A DNA stretch of 51,071 nt, from NCBI GenBank assembly GCA_015492515.1, contig WGEZ01000114.1:1-51071 (forward strand), read 5' to 3'. Origin of the DNA: Nitrospirota bacterium (GTDB taxonomy: Bacteria; Nitrospirota; Thermodesulfovibrionia; Thermodesulfovibrionales; JdFR-85). How positions within the stretch are numbered: position 1 is the first letter of the stretch; every line of letters begins with the position of its first letter. Of this stretch, positions 44,820-51,071 are shown piece by piece. A program made the translations under genes and the position numbers. The notes below the pieces were generated by a model. The model made no database searches and was not told the origin of the DNA. It saw nothing but the letters and a program-made list of their open reading frames with translations.

Positions 44820-45911
44820 ATGGAGAAGCTGAAGAGACTTCGGGAACAGATCGACAGGATCGACGAGGAGATACTGAAGCTCCTGAACAGGAGGGCCGAG
44901 GTGGTCCTCGATGTTGCGAAGGTGAAGAGGGACAGGGACGTCGGTTTCTACTCGCCGGAGAGAGAGAGGGAGATACTGGAGCGGCTCCAGAAGATGAACC
45001 CCGGTCCCTTCCCGAACGACGCCCTCCGCGTGATCTTCAGGGAGATACTCTCCGCCTCGCTCTCTCTCGAGGAGCCGCTGAAGGTCGCCTGTCTCGGCCC
45101 CCTCGCCACCTTCACGCATCTTGCCGCCCTCAGGCACTTCGGCTCTTCAGCCAGGTTCATCCCCGTCAACAGCATAAAGGACGTCTTCGAGAGCGTGCAG
45201 GAGGGCAAGGCAGAGTACGGGGTGGTGCCGATTGAAAACTCCAACGAGGGTGTCATAACCTATACGCTCGACATGTTCATGGACTTCGACCTGAAGATAT
45301 CGGCGGAGATAATGCTCGAGATAAACCACAATCTGCTCTCCCTTTCAGGAGATATCAGGAAGATCAAGAAGGTATACTCCCATCCCCAGGCACTGGCACA
45401 GTGCCGCCGGTGGGTGGAGAGGAACCTCCCGAACGTCACGATCGTGGATACGACGAGCACCGCCAAGGCGGCGGAGCTCGCAGCCGGAGATGCGGAGGGG
45501 GCTGCCATCGCCAGCGAGCTGGCTGCCAAGATCTACGACCTGAAGTTCGTGGAGAGACACATCGAGGACAGCAAGAAGAACTACACGAGGTTCCTCGTGA
45601 TCTCCAGGGACTTCCCCGGCCCCACGGGAAAGGACAAGACCTCCATCATGCTTTCCATCAAGGACAAGCCCGGCGCCCTCTACGAGGCCCTCTCGCCCTT
45701 CAAGAAGGGCAGGATAAACCTGACGAAGATAGAGTCCAGGCCGTCGAGGAGGAAGGCCTGGGAGTACATATTCTTCATCGACATGGAGGGACACGTGGAG
45801 GACAGGAGGCTCAGGAAGGCCCTCAAGGAGGTGGAGAAGGCCTGCCTGTACCTGAAGGTCCTCGGTTCTTATCCGCGTACCGAGCAGAACAACCACCAGG
45901 GTGGACTATGA
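44820..45911 (+). CDS. pheA: Bifunctional chorismate mutase / prephenate dehydratase (P-protein)
   Basis: 363 aa. CM domain LRKQIDxID-type (LREQIDRIDEEILKLLNRRA), PDT domain (VACLGPLATFTHLAA...IENSNEGVI), ACT domain with ESRPS. Strong SD GGAAGGAG. Confidence 0.92.
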   Translation: MEKLKRLREQIDRIDEEILKLLNRRAEVVLDVAKVKRDRDVGFYSPEREREILERLQKMNPGPFPNDALRVIFREILSASLSLEEPLKVACLGPLATFTHLAALRHFGSSARFIPVNSIKDVFESVQEGKAEYGVVPIENSNEGVITYTLDMFMDFDLKISAEIMLEINHNLLSLSGDIRKIKKVYSHPQALAQCRRWVERNLPNVTIVDTTSTAKAAELAAGDAEGAAIASELAAKIYDLKFVERHIEDSKKNYTRFLVISRDFPGPTGKDKTSIMLSIKDKPGALYEALSPFKKGRINLTKIESRPSRRKAWEYIFFIDMEGHVEDRRLRKALKEVEKACLYLKVLGSYPRTEQNNHQGGL

Positions 45912-46993
45912 TCAGCCCTCCCGAATACATACGTTCGATCAGGCCCTATGTGCCTGGAAAGCCCGTTGAGGAGCTCGAGAGGGAACTGGGCATCAAGGGG
46001 GCGGTGAAGCTCGCCTCGAATGAAAACCCCCTGGGCCCCTCTCCAGAGGCGAGGAAGGCCGTAAGCAGGGTGCTCTCCGAGCTGAACCGTTATCCCGACG
46101 GCGGCGGCTTCTATCTGAAGAGGGAGCTTTCGGGAAGGCTCGGCGTCCCGGCGGAGTCCCTCATCCTCGGAAACGGCTCGAACGAGCTGATCGACATAGC
46201 GGTGAGGACCTTCATGGTCGCCGGTGACGAGGCGGTGATGGCGACACCCTCCTTTGTGGTGTACCCCATCTCCACCCGGTCCGTGGGCGGTAGGGCCGTC
46301 GAGGTACCCCTCAGGCGGTGGAGGCACGATCTCGAGAGGATGGCGGAGGAGATCGGGCAGAGGACGAAGATCGTCTTTGTCGCCAACCCGAACAACCCCA
46401 CGGGCACGATAAATCATGACCGGGAGTTCAGGGAGTTCATGAAGAGGGTGCCTGAAGGGGTCCTCGTGGTGATCGACGAGGCCTACCGGGAGTACGTGCA
46501 GGACGAACGATATCCCGACAGCCTCGAGTACCTGAGGGAGGGGAGGGACGTCCTTATACTGAGGACCTTCTCAAAGGCGTACGGTCTCGCGGGGCTGAGG
46601 ATAGGTTACGGGATCGCCAAGGAGGGGATCGTAGCGGAGATGAACAAGGTGCGTGAGCCCTTTAATACGAACACCGCGGCACAGGTTGCCGCCGTCGCCT
46701 CCCTCAGGGACGTAGAGCACGTGAGGAGGTCGGTGGCGCTGAACGAAGAGGGCAAAAACTACCTCTACGGAGAGTTCAAGAGGCTGGGCCTTCAGTTCAT
46801 ACCCACTGAGGCGAACTTCATATATATAAGGTTGGACCGTCCGATGGCCTCGGAGCTCTACGACAGGATGTTGAGGCTCGGTGTTATAATACGACCCATG
46901 GGAGATGAGGCGCTCAGGATCACCATCGGTCTTCCCGAGGAGAACAGGGTGCTTGTCGAGGCCCTCGAGAGGGTGTTGCCGGCGCTTCGGTGA
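45908..46993 (+). CDS. hisC: Histidinol-phosphate / aromatic aminotransferase (HisC family)
   Basis: Start MISPPEYIRSIRPYVPGKP at ATG 45908 (ATGA overlap with the pheA stop). KLASNENPLGPSP, NPNNPTG, and TFSKAYGLAGLRIGY (PLP Lys). Confidence 0.9.
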   Translation: MISPPEYIRSIRPYVPGKPVEELERELGIKGAVKLASNENPLGPSPEARKAVSRVLSELNRYPDGGGFYLKRELSGRLGVPAESLILGNGSNELIDIAVRTFMVAGDEAVMATPSFVVYPISTRSVGGRAVEVPLRRWRHDLERMAEEIGQRTKIVFVANPNNPTGTINHDREFREFMKRVPEGVLVVIDEAYREYVQDERYPDSLEYLREGRDVLILRTFSKAYGLAGLRIGYGIAKEGIVAEMNKVREPFNTNTAAQVAAVASLRDVEHVRRSVALNEEGKNYLYGEFKRLGLQFIPTEANFIYIRLDRPMASELYDRMLRLGVIIRPMGDEALRITIGLPEENRVLVEALERVLPALR

Positions 46994-47061
46994 GCTCGGC
47001 CGGTTCTTCAGGGAGGTGCCGATCTGAACCGTCAGGGTAACAAAGAGGCAGGAGGTGAAGA

Positions 47062-48087
47062 ATGGACATCATAGTGCTTAAACCGACCGCAACGGAAGAG
47101 GACATCAGGCATATCGCCAAGAAGCTTGCGGGCAAGGGCTTGAAGGCCAATATATCGCGTGGAACGGAGAGGACGATCATCGGGGTGATCGGTGACACAT
47201 CAAGGGTCTCCGAGGACGAGGAGAACGCGATAAAGGCCATCGAGTGTGTCGAAAGCGTGATGAGGATACTCAAGCCCTACAAGCTTGCAAGCAGGGACTT
47301 CAAGAAGGAAGACACGCTGATCGACGTAAAGGGCAACGTCATCGGTGGCAGGAAGATCCAGGTGATGGCCGGTCCCTGTGCAGTTGAGAACAGGGTCGTC
47401 CTCGTCAGCATCGCCGAGAAGGTGAAGGCCGCTGGTGCGACCTTCATTCGAGGCGGGGCCTTCAAACCGAGGACATCGCCTTACACGTTCATGGGGCTCG
47501 GCGAGGAGGGGCTGGAGATACTCGCAGAGGCGAGGAGGATCACAGGGCTGCCCATCGTCACCGAGCTCATGGACCCGAGGGACATAGGGGTGGTCGCCGA
47601 GTATGCGGACATCATCCAGATAGGGGCGAGGAACATGCAGAACTTCAGGCTCCTCCTTGAGGTGGGAGAGATCAACAAGCCCGTCCTCCTGAAACGCGGG
47701 CTCTCGGCCACCATCAAGGAGTGGCTGATGGCTGCCGAGTACATAATGTCCCGCGGCAACCACCAAGTGATCCTCTGCGAGAGGGGGATCAGGACCTTCG
47801 AGACCGCCACCAGGAACACCCTCGACCTCTCCGCTGTACCTGTCCTGAAGGGGCTGACGCACCTGCCGGTCGTGGTGGACCCCAGCCACGGGGTGGGTAA
47901 GTGGGAATACGTCATCCCCATGGCGAGGGCTGCGGTGGCGGCCGGGGCCGACGGACTGATCATCGAGGTCCACACGAACCCGGAGGAGGCCCTCTCCGAC
48001 GGAGAGCAGTCCCTCAAACCGGATGTGTTCGGCCGGTTGATGGAAGAGATAAGGCCCGTTGCAGAGGCCGTGGGCAGAGAGGTTTGA
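47062..48087 (+). CDS. aroF: 3-deoxy-7-phosphoheptulonate (DAHP) synthase, type I-beta with an N-terminal ferredoxin-like regulatory domain
   Basis: 341 aa. About 70 aa of N-terminal domain, then [33 protein letters not shown]. Confidence 0.9.
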   Translation: MDIIVLKPTATEEDIRHIAKKLAGKGLKANISRGTERTIIGVIGDTSRVSEDEENAIKAIECVESVMRILKPYKLASRDFKKEDTLIDVKGNVIGGRKIQVMAGPCAVENRVVLVSIAEKVKAAGATFIRGGAFKPRTSPYTFMGLGEEGLEILAEARRITGLPIVTELMDPRDIGVVAEYADIIQIGARNMQNFRLLLEVGEINKPVLLKRGLSATIKEWLMAAEYIMSRGNHQVILCERGIRTFETATRNTLDLSAVPVLKGLTHLPVVVDPSHGVGKWEYVIPMARAAVAAGADGLIIEVHTNPEEALSDGEQSLKPDVFGRLMEEIRPVAEAVGREV

Positions 48088-48095
48088 GGGCCGGG

Positions 48096-48947
48096 ATGGC
48101 AGTGTTCAGGAGGGTTGCGATCATAGGCGTGGGTCTGATAGGGGCCTCCCTCGCCCTCGCCCTCAGGAAGTACGGTCTGGCGGACGAGCTCCGGGGCTCA
48201 GGCCGTAGAGAGGCGAACCTCAGGGCAGCGCTCCAGCGCGGTATCATCGACTCCTACAGCCTCACACACTCCGAGGCGGTGGAGGGTGCAGACCTTGTGG
48301 TCCTCGCCGCACCTGTGGGGAGCTTCAGGAGGATCATCGAAGGCATCCGCTCCAGCCTGGAAAGGGGCGTGATCGTCACCGATGTCGGCAGCGTCAAGGG
48401 TGCCCTCGTGAGGGAGCTGGAAGGGCTGATGCCCGAAGGGGTCAGCTTCGTGGGCGGCCATCCCATAGCAGGCTCGGACCGTTCCGGTATCGGGAGCGCC
48501 TCGGCAGACCTCTTTGCAGGTGCCAGGTGCATACTGACGCCTACGGAGAAGACTCCCGAGGATGCCCTGAGGAAGGTGAGGGAGCTGTGGGAGGCTGTCG
48601 GTGCAGAGGTCTCGATCCTCTCCCCTGAGGAGCATGACCTCGTCTTCGCCCTCGTGAGTCACGTCCCCCATCTGATCGCCTATGCCCTCGTCAACACCGT
48701 TGCCGACCTCAACCCCGAGTACATCCACTATGCAGGCAAGGGGTTCAGGGACACCACGAGGGTGGCCCTCAGTTCTCCCGAGCTCTGGAGGGATATATGC
48801 ATCACCAACAGGGGGAACATCTTCCACATCCTTGAACGGTTCCAGGAGAATCTGGCTGCCATGGTCGAGGCCCTGAAGGAGGGTTCTCCGGAAGAACTGG
48901 AGGACCTCTTTGAGAAGGCGCAGGGCCTGAGGGCCAGGCTCGCTTAG
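48096..48947 (+). CDS. tyrA: Prephenate dehydrogenase
   Basis: Internal start MAVFRRVAIIGVGLIGASLALAL at ATG 48096 (66th codon of the track ORF). GGHPIAGS, SHVPHLIAYAL. Confidence 0.88.
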   Translation: MAVFRRVAIIGVGLIGASLALALRKYGLADELRGSGRREANLRAALQRGIIDSYSLTHSEAVEGADLVVLAAPVGSFRRIIEGIRSSLERGVIVTDVGSVKGALVRELEGLMPEGVSFVGGHPIAGSDRSGIGSASADLFAGARCILTPTEKTPEDALRKVRELWEAVGAEVSILSPEEHDLVFALVSHVPHLIAYALVNTVADLNPEYIHYAGKGFRDTTRVALSSPELWRDICITNRGNIFHILERFQENLAAMVEALKEGSPEELEDLFEKAQGLRARLA

Positions 48948-48965
48948 ACGTCCGGGGACGGCGAG

Positions 48966-50261
48966 ATGAACGACCGAGTCGAGCTATCACCGTCAGGCCC
49001 CCTCAGGGGAGAGTTGAGCCCGCCTGCCGATAAATCCATCTCCCACAGGGTGCTCATCCTTGCCTCCATCGCCCGGGGTAGAAGCGTCATCCACAACCTC
49101 CTGAGGGCGGATGACCCACTGCGGACCCTCGGCGCCATGAGGGCCCTCGGTGCGGATATAAGGGACTCCGGAGAGCCGATCGAGGTCTACGGCGCAGGTC
49201 TCCGGGGCCTGAAGGAGCCGGAGGACGTGATCGACTGCGGCAACTCGGGCACCACCATGAGGCTTCTTGCCGGGCTGCTCGCGGGCCAGCCCTTCTTCTC
49301 CGTCCTCACCGGGGATGCCTCCCTCAGGCAGAGACCGATGAAGAGGGTCATAACCCCGCTGAGGATGATGGGTGCCGGGCTCTACGGGAGGGCTGCCGAT
49401 ACCCTCCCGCCCCTGGCCGTAAAGGGTGGAACCCTGAAGGCCATCCGCTACCACAGCCCCGTGGCATCGGCACAGGTGAAGTCGGCCCTGCTCCTTGCAG
49501 GGCTCTATGCAGAGGGTGAGACCGTCGTCGAGGAGCCCCTGAGGTCCAGGGACCATACAGAGAGGATACTTCCCGCAATCGGGGCAAGGGTGAGGGTCGA
49601 GGGCCTCAGGGTCTCCGTGGAGGGTGGAGGTGAGCTCAGTCCCTTTGAGACCACCGTCCCCGGTGACTTCTCCTCAGCAGCCTTCTTCCTGGTGGCTGCT
49701 GCGGTCGTGGAAGGCTCGGAGATAACGGTGAGGGGGGTCGGCGTCAACCCCACGCGGACAGGCCTGCTTGAGGTGATGAAGCGGATGGGTGCAGACGTGG
49801 AGGTGACGGAGAGGAGGGACGTCTCCGGTGAGCCCGTTGCCGATCTGCGCTGCCGCTACAGGGAAGGGCTCACAGCCACCGGGGTCGGACCTGAGGAGAT
49901 CCCCTCGATGATCGACGAGTTTCCGGCGCTCTGCGTCCTCGCCACCCGGGCAGATGGTACGACCACCATCCGTGGTGCCGCGGAGCTGAGGGTGAAGGAG
50001 TCTGACAGGATTGCAGCCATGGCCTCTGAGCTCGGGAAGATGGGGGTCGAGCTGGAGGTCCACCCCGACGGGCTCAGCATCCACGGGCCGGTGAGGCTAA
50101 GGGGTGCGGTCCTCGACAGCCACAATGACCACCGTATCGCGATGGCCCTCTCCGTGGCCGCCCTTGCGGCGGAAGGGAGCACCACCCTGCACGGCACATC
50201 AGCGGTGGAGATATCCTTCCCCGGGTTCTACGAGCACCTGAGAAGGCTCTCGGGAGGATGA
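48966..50261 (+). CDS. aroA: 3-phosphoshikimate 1-carboxyvinyltransferase (EPSP synthase)
   Basis: 431 aa. PADKSISHRVLILASIA, GNSGTTMRLLAGLLA, LRQRPM, KESDRI, HNDHRIAMAL. Confidence 0.95.
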   Translation: MNDRVELSPSGPLRGELSPPADKSISHRVLILASIARGRSVIHNLLRADDPLRTLGAMRALGADIRDSGEPIEVYGAGLRGLKEPEDVIDCGNSGTTMRLLAGLLAGQPFFSVLTGDASLRQRPMKRVITPLRMMGAGLYGRAADTLPPLAVKGGTLKAIRYHSPVASAQVKSALLLAGLYAEGETVVEEPLRSRDHTERILPAIGARVRVEGLRVSVEGGGELSPFETTVPGDFSSAAFFLVAAAVVEGSEITVRGVGVNPTRTGLLEVMKRMGADVEVTERRDVSGEPVADLRCRYREGLTATGVGPEEIPSMIDEFPALCVLATRADGTTTIRGAAELRVKESDRIAAMASELGKMGVELEVHPDGLSIHGPVRLRGAVLDSHNDHRIAMALSVAALAAEGSTTLHGTSAVEISFPGFYEHLRRLSGG

Positions 50262-50268
50262 TGAGACG

Positions 50269-50457
50269 ATGTCCGTAAACCCGAAGGCCGAAGAGACGAG
50301 GCTCAGGTATCTCTACAGGAGGCTCCTCCTCCAGAGACGGATCACCCTCCCTTATGAGGCGGCCGTGAGGCTCATCGGGCCGGATTGCGCCTATCATCTA
50401 TACTCCGTCGCCGGATCCAGCCCCTCCGTGGAGGGGGAGCCAGACGAGGCGGCATAG
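50269..50457 (+). CDS. Hypothetical small protein (62 aa) packed between aroA and the NUDIX gene
   Basis: GGAGG 10 nt upstream of the ATG, 7-nt and 4-nt gaps to its neighbours, GC-rich third positions. No family recognised. Confidence 0.4.
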   Translation: MSVNPKAEETRLRYLYRRLLLQRRITLPYEAAVRLIGPDCAYHLYSVAGSSPSVEGEPDEAA

Positions 50458-50461
50458 GGGG

Positions 50462-50923
50462 ATGCTCAGCGCAGGGCTTCTGATGTACCGTTTCCGGGAC
50501 GGGTTGCTGCAGGTCTTCCTTGTACATCCCGGCGGCCCCCTCTGGGCGAAGAAGGACGAGGGTGCCTGGTCCATACCGAAGGGGCTGGTCGACCCCGACG
50601 AAGACCCCCTCGCGGCGGCCAGACGCGAATTCGAGGAGGAGACGGGATGCAAGGCTTCGGGAAGGTTCATCCCTCTCACAGAGGTGAGGCTGAGAAGCGG
50701 CAAGGTTATCCGTGCATGGGCCTTCGAGGGTGACTGCGATCCTGAAGGGATCAGGAGCAACCTCTTCGAGATGGAATGGCCTCCTCGTTCAGGCAGGCGG
50801 CAGAGGTTCCCCGAGGTGGACCGCGCTGGCTGGTTCGAACTGGAGGAGGCGAGGAGGAAGATAAACCCCGGTCAGATCGGCCTCCTTGAAGAGCTGATCA
50901 GGGTCCTCTCCCACACCTCGTAG
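50462..50923 (+). CDS. NUDIX hydrolase
   Basis: 153 aa. NUDIX box GLVDPDEDPLAAARREFEEETG. Confidence 0.85.
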   Translation: MLSAGLLMYRFRDGLLQVFLVHPGGPLWAKKDEGAWSIPKGLVDPDEDPLAAARREFEEETGCKASGRFIPLTEVRLRSGKVIRAWAFEGDCDPEGIRSNLFEMEWPPRSGRRQRFPEVDRAGWFELEEARRKINPGQIGLLEELIRVLSHTS

Positions 50924-50935
50924 AAAGCGCGTGCT

Positions 50936-50968
50936 GGTCAGGTCTCAACAGCCTGTTGAGACCTGACC
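50936..50968. terminator. Perfect 15-bp inverted repeat hairpin between convergent genes (no U-tract)
   Basis: GGTCAGGTCTCAACA-GCC-TGTTGAGACCTGACC, 13 nt after the NUDIX stop. Confidence 0.45.
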
Positions 50969-50995
50969 CCGGGATCTGACCAGTCATCATCTCCC

Positions 50996-51071
50996 CTACC
51001 ATGGCGGCTGCCACCGGCCGATCATGATCTCCACTGGACCGCTCACAGAGACGTTGTTGCCCTCCTGTATC
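50996..51071 (-). CDS. Possible 3' end of a convergent gene entering from beyond the window (last ~24 codons)
   Basis: Minus-strand frame reads ...QEGNNVSVSGPVEIMIGRWQPPW then TAG (50998..50996). 19 of 23 third positions are G/C, as in the coding regions here. Too short to identify. Confidence 0.3.
   Translation of the reverse strand, partial: IQEGNNVSVSGPVEIMIGRWQPPW

Overview
51 kb from a GC-rich (about 60% by eye, from sampled lines) chromosome of a diderm bacterium. Codon usage is rich in AGG, AAG, GAG and ATA; I cannot assign a lineage.

Gene content, left to right:
- moaA (partial), then cpoB-pal-tolB-tolA-tolR-tolQ directly downstream of gyrB-dnaN-dnaA, all on the minus strand, with no recF.
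- An AT-rich 312 bp dnaA-upstream spacer with degenerate DnaA boxes (candidate oriC).
- lnt-prfB, with the classical +1 frameshift site in prfB, and tRNA-Phe(GAA).
- A tight six-gene minus-strand operon: two YeeE/YedE halves, thiE, a TIGR01212-type radical SAM gene, a divergent PGK-like kinase and comM.
- A YbhGFSR-like HlyD plus double-ATPase ABC plus two ABC-2 permeases, then ftsY, a CxxC lipoprotein and hisG.
- An accessory-looking middle section: a tandem-FN3 lipoprotein; a B12-binding radical SAM gene with a coupled Cys-rich small ORF; an EndoIII-related gene; a Zn-dehydrogenase plus DhnA/LsrF-like aldolase; a FliK-like/FlhB-CC-like pair; moaC; an SfsA-DUF123 fusion; a divergent PNPOx-like/HxlR pair.
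- A GspE-class ATPase followed by a ParA/MinD-like ATPase and a J-like/HTH protein, then an alanine:cation symporter, a PilT-type ATPase with an N-terminal MshEN c-di-GMP motif pair, and pfk.
- An aromatic amino-acid operon: pheA-hisC-aroF-tyrA-aroA-small ORF-NUDIX.

I found no rRNA, CRISPR array, IS element, integrase or recognisable defence system.

The best candidates for undescribed biology are all inference from motifs and gene order:
1. The orphan GspE / ParA-like / J-HTH trio.
2. The B12-rSAM plus translationally coupled 8-Cys protein, expressed from a leaderless-type promoter and preceded by a repeat- and hairpin-rich spacer.
3. The SfsA-DUF123 double-nuclease fusion.
4. The PGK-like kinase coupled to a radical SAM enzyme.

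Coordinates of internal starts were worked out by hand from the sequence and may be off where alternative starts exist.
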